Assembly (NCBI GenBank): GCA_951406725.2
Contig: OX597831.1
Location: 20,460,001 to 20,524,000 of the forward strand
Origin: Octopus vulgaris
Taxonomy: Eukaryota
DNA length: 64,000 bases
Reading direction: 5' to 3'
Positions 1 to 13,585 of this stretch are shown here, one piece after another (the first letter of the stretch is position 1; each line of letters starts with the position of its first letter). The notes beneath the pieces are model-generated. The model was not told where the DNA came from and searched no databases. It was given only the letters and a program-made list of their open reading frames with translations. Position numbers and translations under genes: made by a program.

Positions 1-360
1 AGCACCACATTTAGTCGAGCAAATCGACCCCGGGACTTATTCTTTGTAAGCCCAGTACTTATTCTATCGGTCTCTTTTGCCGAACCGCTAAGTGACGGGG
101 ACGTAAACACACCAGCATCGGTTGTCAAGCAATGCTAGAGGGACAAACACAGACACGCAAACATATACACACACACTTATATATATATACATATATACGA
201 CAGGCTTCTTTCAGTTTCCGTCTACCAAATCCACTCACAAGGCATTGGTCGGCCCGGGGCTATAGCAGAAGACACTTGCCCAAGATGCCACGCAGTGGGA
301 CTGAACCCGGAACCATGTGGTTGGTTAGCAATCTACTTACCACACAGCCACTCCTGCGCC
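1..360 (-). mobile_element. SINE family A (tRNA head, CORE-like CTTGGGCAAGTGTCTT, internal TA/TG microsatellite); 3' end cut by window edge
   Basis: Reverse complement matches the + copies at 5143, 18667, 61274 and 63573. Confidence 0.9.
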
Positions 361-393
361 TATATATAAATATATCTGTATATATGTATATAC

Positions 394-546
<153 letters not shown>

Positions 547-701
547 ATTTGCCAACATAATATGGCTGTCCTGGATGGGACGATTGTTGCTGTTGTTTAT
601 CCCCAGGAAGCATCGTTTCCAGCTGGCTATACAACACAATATCTGTGTCCTTATATTTTCGAATAGGGAGCCCAGCACCCCCATCCAGCACAAAGCAACA
701 T

Positions 702-742
702 CTGCGGACCAGTTTCTGGGTTATTGCACCTTATCAGCACAG
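702..742 (-). ncRNA. Degenerate type I hammerhead ribozyme-like motif
   Basis: Minus strand reads CTGTG-CTGATAA-GGTGCAATAACCCA-GAAAC-TG-GTC-CGCAG. Stem I is 5 bp; core has G8>A; stem II is weak. Confidence 0.5.
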
Positions 743-899
743 AGTAGCTGCTTGGCTAGGTGGTGTTGCTGAATTCCCATCCGAAAATATATAATTTTCA
801 AAGTGATATTTTTCAAGCACAGTATTGTCCTAACCAAATGTTAACCACCCTGGTGTTACTTGGTCGGCATTTAACAAGGTGTTGAATTGCGCAGCTATT

Positions 900-1430
900 C
901 GTGCATGACATTCACCAAATGATCCAGTAGCCTTGGACTCTATCTGGTCCCGAGCCCTTCTATTTGCTCATTTTTTTACAACGAGGCGCTGTTTCAGTTC
1001 CTCCATTACCAGTTTCAGGCCCTTTCTTTCAATATTATACTTCCTTTTCAGTGCCCTGTATTTTTGTTCGCTTTTAAGCACCCTTTTCTCTTTCCGGTCT
1101 TTCGAGAGCATATCTAACTCTGCCTGGATTCTTCTTTTCCACCACGGATCTTTTCTTTTGTCACTCCCTTTATATTTCTTTTTTTTGAATCAACATCCAC
1201 GTTTTCTGCTACAACAGTACTTGCTGCATTGATCAAATTATTTGTTTTTGTGATGTTGTTTGTTCTGATGTATTTCAGAATTTCATTGACATTTTTCGTT
1301 TCTTGGTTCAATCTCCATCAATCAACCTTTTAAAGGTTGCAAATAATGTCGCTATCGTTCTCCTATAGTCTTGCCTTTATTCTGTCGTAGATTGCATTTG
1401 TTCATCTGACATATCGCTTTTAGTTTTATC
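900..1430 (-). mobile_element. Decayed R4/Dong-like non-LTR retrotransposon ORF, N-terminal region
   Basis: Frameshifted peptides ETKNVNEILKYIRTNNITKTNNLINAAS, DPWWKRRIQAELDML and RKYNIERKGLKLVMEELKQRLV resemble the PWWKRR/LKQR region upstream of RT in R4/Dong elements. Confidence 0.7.
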
Positions 1431-1434
1431 TTCT

Positions 1435-1539
<105 letters not shown>

Positions 1540-1540
1540 C

Positions 1541-1578
<38 letters not shown>

Positions 1579-1589
1579 TCTTTTTTTTC

Positions 1590-1800
1590 TTTTACTTGTT
1601 TCAGTCATTTTCATTGTGGCCATACTGGAGCACCGCCTTGAAGGGTTTTTAGTTGAACAAATCGACCCCAGGACTTATTGTTTTAAAGTCTAGTACTTGT
1701 TCCATCGTTCTCTTTTGCTGAATCGCTAAGTTACGAGGACGTGAACACACCAACACTGGTTGTCAAGCAATTATGGGTGGACAGACGCAAATACAAAGAC
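1590..1800 (-). mobile_element. SINE family A, 3' half (5' half probably at 2925-3078)
   Basis: Matches the family A tail GGCGGTGCTCCAG...ATGACTGAAACAAGTAAAA on the minus strand. Confidence 0.8.
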
Positions 1801-1891
1801 ACACACACACACACGCACACACACACACACACGCACACACACACACACACACGCACACACACACACACACACGCACACACACACACAGAGA

Positions 1892-2640
1892 CAGAGTGAT
1901 TACAAAATCTTTCCCTGATAATAAACTTTTATTGAACAAAAACTTTTCAAGACACAAAAGCAGTGTTTGGTGTTCTTATAGCGTCTGCTTAGAAGTTTTT
2001 ATACACATAAAATGAAATTCAGTAAATTTCAATATGGACCCCTTATATGGCTCGGAGCACAGCTAACCGATATTCAGTTTCACGCCATGTATTCTGAAGC
2101 ATATCGTTTTTACTGATGAGATTGTTTCAGCAATCCTTGCCTTTAGAAACTGAATATAGTCAACAGGTGTACTGTATACGTTGTCCTTCAGATACCCACC
2201 ACCAAAATAAGTCTAGCGGGGTAATGTCTGGTGAACGTGGAGGCCATGGTGTTGGTCCATCTCGTCCAATTCACCTCTTTGGAAAGGTTTTATTCAAAAA
2301 TTTGACAGACACATATGCCCCAGTGTGGAGGAGTCCCATGTTGTTGGAAAATTATGAATGGTTGAAATTCCTTCAGCTGGGCTACCGCATAATGTTCCAG
2401 CACGTGCTGGTAAAATGTTTGCTGAAATGGATTCAGCAAAAAAGAAAGGTCCAATGACCCCGCCATGAATTAGGCAACACCAAACATTAACCTTACGGCT
2501 GTCTCTTTTGTGCGCTACAACGTATGGGTTCTTCGATCCCTATATCCTTACATTTGTTTGTTAAATTTTCCTGATATGTGAAAAGCTGCTTCGTCAGAAA
2601 ATGCAACAAGTTGGTTGAAGATAGTCATTGTTCGTATCGA
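1892..2640 (-). mobile_element. Tc1/mariner-superfamily transposase relic with probable right end
   Basis: Frameshifted minus-strand motifs FSDEAAFHISGK, WIGRDGPTPWPPRSPDITPLD and GYLKDNVY. Confidence 0.85.
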
Positions 2641-2759
2641 TTCTGTTAAGAATGTGTCTGAATAAACATTGCCGGACAGCAAATAGAGAATCGGATATTG
2701 CTTAGAAAATAATTTTCATTTTTAACCTCGTATACAGTACGCACTAGGGATTTTGACCT

Positions 2760-2805
2760 TTAAATTTTGGGGAAAAAATGCGGATTATACTCGAGGATTT
2801 ATGGT
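2760..2805. mobile_element. Possible pogo/Tigger-like terminal inverted repeat remnant
   Basis: TGCGGATTATACTCGAGGATTTATGGTA resembles pogo/Tigger ends; no partner end seen. Confidence 0.35.
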
Positions 2806-2924
2806 AATCAATTATGGAGTTTTAGACTTCAGTTTTATAAACTTCAACAACGAAAAAGTTTAATTTGAAATAGAAACAAAGATATATTTCAGAATCAGGG
2901 AAACACTTTATAACCATCCTTTAT

Positions 2925-3078
2925 ATACACGATGAGCTTCTTTCAGTTTCCGCCTACCAAATCCACGCACAAGGCTTTGGTCGGTTCAAGACTATAGTAG
3001 AAGGTACTTGTCCAGGGTGCCATGCAGTGGGACTGACCCCAGAACCATGTAATTTGGAAGCAAGCTTCTTACCACACT
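2925..3078 (-). mobile_element. SINE family A, 5' half
   Basis: Matches family A head and CORE-like region (TTTCAGTTTCCG...CCAAATCCAC). Confidence 0.8.
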
Positions 3079-3137
3079 TCCACATATTTACTTGTGTGTG
3101 TGCGTGTGAGTATATGAATGGCTAACATCATTACTAG

Positions 3138-3570
3138 AGGTGGCGAGCTGGCAGAAACGTTAGCACGCCGGGCTAAATACTTTGCAACATTTTGTCCGTC
3201 TTTACGTTCTGAGTTCAATTCCTGCCGAGGTCGACTTTTACTTTCATCTTTTCAGGGTCGATAAATTAAGTAGCAGTTACACACTGGGATCGATGTAATC
3301 GACTTAATACCTTTGTCTGTCCTCGTTTGTCCCCTCTATGTTTAGCCCCTTGTGGGCAATAAAGAAATAAGAATAGTTAGCACGTCGGGCGAAATGCTTT
3401 GCCACATTTCGTCCGTCTTTTCGTTCTGAGTTCAAATTCTGCCGAGGTCGACTTTGCCTTTCATCCTTTCGTAGTCTATAAAATAGGTACCAATTGAGAA
3501 CTAGGGTCGATGTAATCAACTTACCAACACACCCGAAATTTCTGTCCTTGTGCTAAAATTTGAAACCGAT
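3138..3570 (+). mobile_element. SINE family B, two nested copies
   Basis: GGCGAGCTGGCAGAAACGTTAGC head, GAGTTCAA B-box-like motif and CTTTCATCCTTTCG...GATAAA body appear twice. Confidence 0.85.
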
Positions 3571-4153
3571 GTTATTAATTGTATCCACAATCGAACAGAA
3601 TCAATCAGACAAAAAAAAAAAAACCCAAAAAAACAACAAATTGCTAAGAATGGAATATCTATCTAATAATAAATTTAATGATTAATGACAAACCGTTGTA
3701 AATTCCTACCTTATGGTCTCCAAAGATTACTGAAAAAAAAAAGCGGGAAATAGCATTCATTGTATTGAAAGCAATAAAATATAAACCAGGAAAACTAATA
3801 AGAAAAAACATAGAATAGTTATAGCAGTGAAACCTTACGAAAAGGGGGTTTTCTACTTCAGTTTCAATTCTAGCATATTAAATTTGAGAAAACAAAAACA
3901 AAAAAAAAAATGTCTTATTCCTCTTCCAATTAATTCTGAGAGAAAAAGGTATTTTTATAGAACGAAAACTCTTAGCATACAAATCTTTATATCTTTTTTC
4001 TTCTCTTCACTTAAGCATGCGTTGTTATGCATATTGCATTAGGTTATATTTTCTGGCTTTTTCTTCCTGCTCGACATCTATTATCAAGCATTCATTTTGG
4101 TTGTAAAATTATTTTTTCAAAACTCCTGTTCGTCCTCCTCTCTCGCCCTCTCC

Positions 4154-4239
<86 letters not shown>

Positions 4240-4249
4240 TTATATTAAT

Positions 4250-4557
4250 GCGCATGGCTCAGTGGTTAGAGCGCCGGGCTCCTATTCATGAGGTAGTGAA
4301 TTCAATTCGATCCCTGAACCAAGCTGCGTGTTGGGTTCTTCAGCAAGGCATTTTATTTCACGTTGTTATAGTTCACTCACTAGTGCCAAGCTGTGTCGGT
4401 TGTTGTCTTTCTCTTGCATAACACCAGTGGCATGGAGAGGGCAGGCTGGTATGCGTGGGCGACTGCAGGTCTTCCGTAAACAACCTTGCTCGGACTTGCG
4501 CATCGGACGACAACTTTCTGCAATCCCGAGGTAATTCGTGACCGAAGGGGATCTTTA

Positions 4558-4558
<1 letters not shown>
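4250..4558 (+). mobile_element. tRNA-derived SINE family C
   Basis: A box TGGCTCAGTGG and a degenerate B box, then CTTCAGCAAGGCATTTTATTTCACGTTG; related to 51335-51480. Confidence 0.7.
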
Positions 4559-4590
<32 letters not shown>

Positions 4591-4632
4591 ATGGATATGA
4601 GTAAGTACCTCATTTATTTCTTTTGCCACATG

Positions 4633-4685
4633 TATCACTGACGAAGGGAGGGCTGTTAAAAGCTAACCCTGAAACCGGTCCGATA
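4633..4685 (+). ncRNA. Type I hammerhead ribozyme motif (intact core) in a (TA)n-flanked insert at about 4589-4831
   Basis: TATCA-CTGACGA-AGGG...CCCT-GAAAC-CG-GTC-CGATA; palindromic stem III ACCGGT; GUC site. Confidence 0.75.
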
Positions 4686-4851
4686 TGGTAATAATGGAAT
4701 GTTTTAGAAATTTCTGTCGACCTTTTTTCGAGTAGCGTGCATATTGTGAAAAAATAATATGGTTAATGGACAATATGTCCAATTTTTCGGCATATCTGGC
4801 ATTAGAAATTTTTTCGTTTGCCCTTAATTATGTATATATATATATATATAT

Positions 4852-5055
4852 GACCTCTGACCTCTTCCTGTCAGGTGTCCCAGATGAACCAACTTCGCAG
4901 TAGGAGGTGCAGATGAGGTCAGCTGCATCAAACTCTCTCATGCACCAAATGTCAATTGCTAAAAGGCATTCGTGAAGTAAAATTATGTAGCAACACCGAA
5001 TGGCGGTACCTCAGCATGACCACAGCTCGTGAGCTGAAACTAGATGAAATAAAAA
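4852..5055 (+). mobile_element. CR1-group LINE 3' end fragment
   Basis: DLFLSGVPDEPTSQ*EVQMRSAASNSLMHQM plus 3' tail; near-identical to 10725-10915. Confidence 0.85.
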
Positions 5056-5142
5056 TTTTAAAAATTTATATATATATATATATATATAAATTCAATGCGT
5101 AAGAAATCTGAGTGAAGAAAACGAAATCCTGAGATTTGATAT

Positions 5143-5561
5143 CAGGAGTGGCTGTGTGGTAAGTAGCTTGTTTACCAACCACATGGTTCCGGGTTCAGTC
5201 CCGCTGCGTGGCACCTTGGGCAAGTGTCCTCTACTATAGCCTCGGGCCGACCAAAGCCTTGTGAGTGGATTTGGTAGACGGAAACTGAAAGAAGCCCGTC
5301 GTATATATGTATATATATATATGTATGCGTGTGTGTGTGTTTGTGTGTCTGTGTTTGTCCCCCTAGCATTGCTTGACAACCGATGCTGGTGTGTTTATGT
5401 CCCCGTTACTTAGCGGTTCGACAAAAGAGACCGATAAAATAAGTACTGGGCTTACAAAAGAATAAGTCCCTGGATCGAGTTGTTGCTCGACTAAAGGCGG
5501 TGCTCCAGCATGGCCGCAGTCAAATGACTGAAACAAGTAAAAAGAAAAAGAAAAAGAAAAG
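5143..5561 (+). mobile_element. SINE family A, near full length
   Basis: A box TGGCTGTGTGG, B box GGTTCAGTCCC, CORE-like segment and tail ending in (GAAAAA)n. Confidence 0.92.
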
Positions 5562-5599
5562 AATGTTCCTGATCATTTTCTTTCCTAGTTTGTCGTTCT

Positions 5600-6020
5600 A
5601 GTCTTCATAAAGGGAAACAAATCTCCTGCAGTGAACTACCGGCCAATTTCACTCAGCTCTCATATCATTAAAGTATTTGAGAGGGTAGTGTGATCGTGAA
5701 TAACTCACTTCCTCGAAGACAACAATCTGCTGAACCCCAACCAGCATGGTTTCTGTGATGGCAGAGACTGCCTGTCGCAGCTTCTGCACCATTTTGATGA
5801 CATCTTAAAAGCTTTGGGAGAAGGCTCCAATACTGACGTCATATAGCTTGATTTCAGCATGGCATTTGATAGAGCGGACCACAAAATCCTGCTGAAGAAA
5901 CTGTCCAACATTAGAGTCCGTGGAAAGTTGCTGCAGTGGATAAAGTGTTTCCTGACGAACAGAATCCAACATGTTGTGCTTGAGGGAATACGATCTAGCT
6001 CAGCCAAAGTCAGTAATGGT
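5600..6020 (+). mobile_element. CR1-group LINE reverse transcriptase fragment (pseudogenised)
   Basis: NYRPISLSSHIIKVFERVV..LLNPNQHGF..RDCLSQLLHHFDDIL..DVI*LDFSMAFDRADHKILLKKL..WIKCFLTNR with in-frame stops. Confidence 0.9.
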
Positions 6021-6528
6021 GAACGACGGTCACGTATGAGCAACGAGAGAGAGAGAGAGAGAGAGAGAGTAAAGGAGAAAGAGAGAGAAAGAAAGAGAGA
6101 GAAAGAGAAGAGAGAGAGAGAGACAGATAGAAAACGGTGAAGTGGAGAAAAAGAATTTGAGAAAGGATGAGAGAGAAAAAACCAAAGGAGGAGAAGGGGA
6201 GGAAAAAAACGAATTAGAGAAAGGAAGAGAGAGAGAAAAAGAAAGGGGAGAGAGAGGACAGTATAGTGTAGAGACACATCAAAATTATTAAGATAACTTT
6301 CTTGGAAATGGATGCGTGGCGTTCAATCAAATAATGATATAAATAAACAATATATGTGCATATATACATACATATATGTATATACATACATATATGTACA
6401 TACATACATATATATATATATATATGCATATATGGGTACAGGACGTCAGAAAACATAAACAACATGAAATATGAAGACAAACTCCTCTATGCGAACGAGG
6501 GAAACAAATAGGAAACAAGACAAGTAAC

Positions 6529-6563
<35 letters not shown>

Positions 6564-6569
6564 CGCGCG

Positions 6570-6623
<54 letters not shown>

Positions 6624-6630
6624 ATTATAT

Positions 6631-6803
6631 ATCGTTAGCCACTACATACATCTTTTTCTCTCCTTGTTTTTTCTGTGTCCCTTTCTGTAGAAGAGCGTAG
6701 GCTCGAAACGTAAAAGACTTTTGCTATTCCTGAGCGTTATACTTATACATCTGTTTGTTTTGTACACCACCTGTCTTCGTCTTTTGTTTTCTCTGTAAAC
6801 TCT

Positions 6804-6806
<3 letters not shown>
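6631..6806 (+). mobile_element. ~180-bp (TA)n-embedded non-coding element, family F1, with variant hammerhead at 6681-6716
   Basis: CTTT-CTGTAGA-AGAGC-GTAG-GCTC-GAAAC-GTA-AAAG; five other copies in the window. Confidence 0.75.
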
Positions 6807-6880
<74 letters not shown>

Positions 6881-6887
<7 letters not shown>

Positions 6888-6921
6888 TGTATGTGCGAGT
6901 ATGTATTATGAATCATTTACA

Positions 6922-6984
<63 letters not shown>

Positions 6985-7030
6985 TGTATGTGCGAGTATG
7001 TATTATGAATCATTTACATGTGTGTGTGTG
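6881..7030. repeat. ~50-bp direct duplication separated by (TA)n
   Basis: TAATATTTGTATGTGCGAGTATGTATTATGAATCATTTACATGTGTG at 6881 and 6978. Confidence 0.85.
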
Positions 7031-7033
7031 TGA

Positions 7034-7067
<34 letters not shown>

Positions 7068-7511
7068 AAGAGAGAGAGAGAAAGAGAGAGTGCACGTGCC
7101 TAGTTGCTCTTATAAATATACACATGCATACATAAATACATACATATATAAATACTTACATAAATACATACATACATACATACATATATTCTGAATAAGT
7201 TTCTTAAAATGTAGTGTGATGAAGTAAAACGCGGGGGCAAAGATGGAGATGGAGCATGGCGGGATACGAGGAAGATGTGAGTCGGGAGGAATGAACAAAA
7301 AGTAATGTAAGGTGAAGTGTTACGCAGAAGTGATGGCGGTGATAGTTAAATGAAGTGGATAGAGGTGGTGGATAGATAGGTAACAACGACTTTTAAATAT
7401 AATGTAGATGTTGGAAAACTGAAAAGTTGACAGTTTTGATAAGAAAATAGCAATGGCACCTGTAAATGTATTTGTTATACTTTAAGAAATAAGGAAAATA
7501 TTCAGATTGAG

Positions 7512-7630
<119 letters not shown>

Positions 7631-7663
7631 ATACATATATGTATATATATATACATATATATG

Positions 7664-7694
<31 letters not shown>

Positions 7695-8283
7695 GTATAT
7701 AAATATATATATATATACACACATATATATATATGTATATTGAATATATGTATATATGTATATGTGTATATATATGCACCTAATACATATATGTATGTAT
7801 GCATATTTATAGGTGTGTGTGTGTGTGTTTGTATATATGTATAGCTACATATGCTTATGTATATATGTATATAGGTATACATATATATGTAGAAAGTTAA
7901 AGAAAATGAAAGAGAGAAAGAAAGAGAGAGGGAGAGAGCTAGTGGAGGAGAGAGAGAGAGAGTGCGTGGTAAAAACATGAAAGATACGACAGAAAAGAAA
8001 AGGGGTGTGAGATGGAAGGGGTGTGAGTGATGAAGTAGATATGAAAACATACATGATAAAACGATTTCAGTGCATATATGCATGTGACTCACACATATAT
8101 ATATATTTATATATATATACATGTGTGTGTGTGAGTGCGTGTGTGTATAATATATATATTAGTATACATCCCCCCACACATACTGGCACATACGTATATA
8201 GATGTAATGTGTGTGGGTGTACATTTGTATCAATATTTACCTATTTTTATTTATGAATTTTAGAATTTTTAATGATCCGCACA

Positions 8284-8468
<185 letters not shown>

Positions 8469-8469
8469 C

Positions 8470-9300
8470 TGTTCGGTTGGCTAAAAACTCTGTTCGGTTT
8501 TTTAAGTGGAAATAAGAGAAATTTTAAATGCAAATTGATTTATTTAATTGCTGATATATTTAACGTTTCGTTCAAAGTATCTTCTGACATCTTGTGAGCA
8601 GAGTCATTATTCCTCGCTGAAAGACTTCTTTTCTTTATTGGCGAAAATCTTTTCCAGATGAATTTTCATATCTTCTCCAGAGTTGCAGAATTTTGATGAG
8701 ACCGAACTAGGTGGATATCTAAGGGTGCAAGGTCAGGCAAATATGAAGGGTTCTTCAAAACTTCCCAGTTAAGCCACAGTTACCTCTGTCGCGTCTACAA
8801 AGAATGATGCGCTCTGGTAATATCGTGATGAAAGACAACACTCGTACGATTAGCAAGTGCTGGACATTTCTGGCGGATCGCAGCGTCCAATTTGTCCAGC
8901 TGGTCACAGTACACATCCGAATCGATGATCCTTTTTGTATGAAGAAGTTCCTAAAAGGCGATACTATCCAATCCTACAAAATTAAAAGCATAACTTTCTT
9001 CAGACAAAGTCCTATTTTTGAAGGTTGTTTATGGTGGTCCGCCACTTTCCCAACTCCGTACTATCGTTTGCGTTTCACATTGTTATAGATGATCCAATTT
9101 TTTGTCCCGTGTTAACATTCTCTCCAAATGAAGGTATATTTTACTTCACGTGCAACGAATCTCAGATGACAATCCGTTCGGCGAAGTTAATCTCATTCAA
9201 TATGCTGTAGGATCCAAACATCGATCTAGCTGACGTAATCAAGTTTATGCAGATGGTTTTCAACACTCGATTTACGATATTTGGAGAATATCTGCGATCA
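8470..9300 (-). mobile_element. mariner transposase relic
   Basis: Degenerate TGDEKW (WIIYNNVKRKR) and YSPDLAP (PSYLPDLAPLDIHL) motifs on the minus strand. Confidence 0.85.
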
Positions 9301-9550
9301 TCCTAAACAATCCTCAAAAAGCAAAGACAACAGAAAGTATAAAACATTACACACAGACATAGACACACACACACACACACACACTCACAGAGTGTGTAGT
9401 GATTGAACGACTATTGATCTGTTGTTATTTGCTTATTATTCACCTTACTCGGAACCCGCAATTTGCGTAGATATGGAGTCTATTGAGTGCAGTACAATTG
9501 CTGCGGTGTTTGTACTCAAGTACAGTCTTGCGACTCATGGTATATTCAAA

Positions 9551-9968
9551 GCGGCGAGCTGGCAGAAACGTTAGCGTGCCGGGCGAAATGCTTAGCGGTA
9601 TTTCGTCTGCGTTACGTTCTGAGTTCAAATTCCGCGGAGGTCGACTTTTTGCCTTTCATTCTTTCGGGGTCGATTAAATAAGTACCAGTTACGCACTGAG
9701 GTCGATATAATCGACTTAATCCGTTTGTCTGTCCTTGTTTGTCCCCTCTGTGTTTAGCCCCTTGTGGGTAGTAAAGAAATAGGTATTTCGTCTGCCACTA
9801 CGTTCTGAGTCCAAATTCCGCCGAGGTCGACTTTTTGCCTTTCATTCTTTCGGGGTCGATTAAATAAGTACCAATTACGCACTGGGGTCGATATAATCGA
9901 CTTAATCCGTTTGTCTGTCCTTGTTTGCTCTCTCTGTGTTTAGCCCCTTGTGGGTAGTAAAGAAATAG
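9551..9968 (+). mobile_element. SINE family B, head plus two tandem bodies, TSD GGTATATTCA
   Basis: TSD at 9539-9548 and 9969-9978. Confidence 0.9.
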
Positions 9969-10117
9969 GTATATTCAGTCGGACTCTTGTGATTGTAGAT
10001 GCAACTAGAATATAAATGCATCTTTATTTCAGTACGTATGTAATACATTCCTCTAATGTTGCTCTGCACATGACAGCGATTTCTTTGACTCGACTCTGGT
10101 GCCTTACCATTTAAGGA

Positions 10118-10430
10118 CCTCGGGCCGACCAAAGCCTTGCGAGTGGATTTGGTAGACGGAAACTGAAAGAAGCATGTCGTATATATGTATATATATGTAT
10201 GTGTGTGTATATGTTTTTGTGTGTGTTTGTCCCCCTAACATCGCTTGACAACCGATGCTGGTGTGTTTACGTCCCCGTAACTTAGCGGTTCGGCAAAAGA
10301 TGCCGATAAAATAAGTACTAGGCTTACAAAGAATAAATCCTGGGGTCAATTTGCTCGACTAAAGGCGGTGCTCCAGCATGGCCACAGTCTCATAACTGAA
10401 ACAAGTAAAAGAGTAAAAGAGTAAGAGTAC
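10118..10430 (+). mobile_element. SINE family A, 5'-truncated
   Basis: Matches family A body and tail. Confidence 0.88.
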
Positions 10431-10438
10431 ATGTGTGG

Positions 10439-10479
<41 letters not shown>

Positions 10480-10500
10480 TATATATAGATGGGTGTATAA

Positions 10501-10558
<58 letters not shown>

Positions 10559-10559
10559 A

Positions 10560-10920
10560 TACTGGGCGCCACTGCATAGTGCCAAGGACTCCAAATTTGC
10601 CATCAAGATGTAGGACAAGATACTGTGATAGTCTGGGCTTCAGAGGTCCACAACTCTTCAATATTCCCCCGAAGGACCTGAGAGACCTGCATGGGGTGGA
10701 TGCAGATGTCTTTAAAATAAAGCTGGACCTCTTCCTGTCAGGTGTCCCAGATGAACCAGCTTCACGGCAGGAGGTGCAGATGAGAGCAGCTGCATCAAAC
10801 TCTCTCATGCACCAAATGTCAATTGCTAAAAAGCATTCGTGAAGTAAAATCATGTAGCAACACCGAATGGCGGTGCCCCAGCATGGCCACAGCTCGTGAG
10901 CTGAAACTAGATAAAAAATA
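10560..10920 (+). mobile_element. CR1-group LINE ORF2 C-terminus and 3' tail
   Basis: ORF 10579-10842 [36 protein letters not shown]; tail GGCGGTGCCCCAGCATGGCCACAGCTCGTGAGCTGAAAC. Confidence 0.88.
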
Positions 10921-11065
10921 AATAAATATGTAATATATATATAATATATACATACAAATAATATACAATGCACTCCTACACGCTATAATTGCGTACGTAC
11001 ATGTATATTTACACCTAGACATATTGGCGTAAACACCACACAGATGTCTATAAGTACATATTACG

Positions 11066-11105
<40 letters not shown>

Positions 11106-11541
11106 GCACGCGCACACGCACATAGGCAACACACACTCACCACAAACGCAAAGTGACACACAGACATACATGCATATATAATGCTGTCTATGTATTAATG
11201 TTTAATGAATAAAAAGAAGATTAAATCGAAGTATTTTCCATTTAAATGCAATTTTTGCAGCCACGTAGAAAAAGCTTAGCTTTTCTAATGATTCTGTACT
11301 TCAGGCATTTTTGCGAATATCTGATTGGATCTAAGCGACCTTATGTCGTGTATTATTTCCGCGTGCGTGCGTTTGTGTATGTGTCCCTGTGTATTTCTGT
11401 ATTATGTTATGTGTTTTGGTATCCGTATGTTAGTAATAGTTTGTGTATAAATGTATATAGTTTTGCACTTTTGTATTCTTGTATGTATGCATAGTTGTCC
11501 GAACATATTTAATTATACTTACATACCTAAGTACGTATGTA

Positions 11542-11801
<260 letters not shown>

Positions 11802-12338
11802 TATATATATATATATATGAATAGATGTATGCATGTATATAATTATATTACATGTATGTATATATGTGCCTGTATAAATGCATGAGTCTATGTATGTAAA
11901 GATGTTTGCATTTATTTACATATGTATGTATCTGTGTATGTGCGTATGTATGCGTGTGTGTGTAAAAAGTTACTGCAAGTCTAGCGTAAGCTGTTTAGGT
12001 TACGTCTGTATGACGCCTACTTGTGTACAGAAGGTTGAGATTAAAAGAAGAGCGTGTTGTTCTATATCAGAGTTTGTGTGATTGTTACAAATGACAGTAA
12101 GTGGATTGTCAAAATACAGAGAGAAGACCAAGATGGAAGAAAAGTACTGAAGCTTTAGAGCGTATGTGAGGGTTAAATCAATGATGTCAGCCTGCGGATC
12201 ACAAAGAATTCCTGCTACTATGCACTGCAATGGAACTGTTTGACAGGAGGTTTCTGATCCAAAGTAACATATAAGACATGAAATATACAAACCGATAATT
12301 AATACAGAATGTTCAAATGTCTCATGGGAAAAGAAATT

Positions 12339-12371
12339 TCTGACGTTTCGGACTAGTTCCTTCACCAGAGA
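12339..12371 (-). ncRNA. Minimal hammerhead-like motif (A6>G)
   Basis: TCT-CTGGTGA-AGGAACTAGTCC-GAAAC-GTC-AGA. Confidence 0.6.
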
Positions 12372-12948
12372 GGAGATATATTTGCATATATATATGTGTA
12401 TACGTGTGTGTATCTGTATATGTACGAGACCTTCAATTATCACTATATGCTTGTTGTGAAGTATTAGGCTGTGTGAGAAGGGATAATGGAATAGAAAGGA
12501 AGATAAAGGTGAACATAAGAGTAGGGGTTGAAAGGGAATAAGTGTATGAAGGAAAAAGGAATATAAACCGTAAACTAAAGAAATGTAAAATATATCGCAT
12601 CACGGTACTCCTTCAAAATCGGGAATGATGTCTCCAAACCAGGTGACTAAAATCCAATCTTCTGACGGCGAGGGCAGAGCACATTAGTTCAGAAAGCAGA
12701 GTAAGTTATGATTGTTGGGTTAAGGTCTTCTCATTTCTGACCTCACAACATTCTCACCAGGATCCTTATTTGCCTTTAATGTTAACTTTCAAGAAGATAG
12801 GTCAGGCCATTTATCACCCAAGAAGATGGGTCAGGCCATTTATCATCATATGGTAAAAAAAATTACAGGAGAGATTGAGATTAATGGAGGAATGGAAGTT
12901 GTGCCGCAGAGTTTGCCTGCAAGGAACTAGTGGCAATTCTATACACGC

Positions 12949-13160
12949 GCGCACACCCACGCACGCGCACACCCACGCACGCGCACACCCACGCACGCGC
13001 ACACCCACGCACGCGCACACCCACGCACGCGCACACCCACGCACGCGCACACCCACGCACGCGCACACCCACGCACGCGCACACCCACGCACGCGCACAC
13101 CCACGCACGCGCACACCCACGCACGCGCACACCCACGCACGCGCACACCCACGCACGCGC
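12949..13160. repeat. 16-bp minisatellite (GCACACCCACGCACGC)n, about 13 copies
   Basis: Direct reading; explains ORFs 12814-13396. Confidence 0.92.
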
Positions 13161-13489
13161 GCACACACACGCACGCGCACACACACACGCACGCGCACAC
13201 ACACACGCACGCGCGCACACACACGCACGCGCGCACACACACACACCTAAATACACACATGCACACACTGTGTGTATTTTGGTATATTTGTTCTAGAATA
13301 AGAATACAGACAGTCATGGTAGACGTATATATATGTACGTGTGTGTCTCTGTGTGTGCATTATATATGTACACACAACACATACACACATATATAATTTC
13401 ACATATACATACATGCATACATATACACATACACATTCATATATATATGGTGGTTGTCAACTCCTTATGCAGAGTTTAACCACCTCCTG

Positions 13490-13585
13490 TACCTATAACT
13501 TTGCACCGTCATGGCATCTGATGTGGCTTTTTAAACCAGACAATGTTTTGAAAAGACACCCACATAGATTACATATCCGATTTGG
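13490..13585 (-). mobile_element. Probable RTE-like LINE C-terminal C2H2 finger fragment
   Basis: Minus-strand RICNLCGCLFKTLSGLKSHIRCHDGAKL*; single isolated finger ending at a stop. Confidence 0.5.

Noticed and set aside
2113-2150. CTGATGA followed by a GATTG/CAATC stem
   Set aside because: No GAAA after the stem, and it lies inside the transposase relic; chance match.
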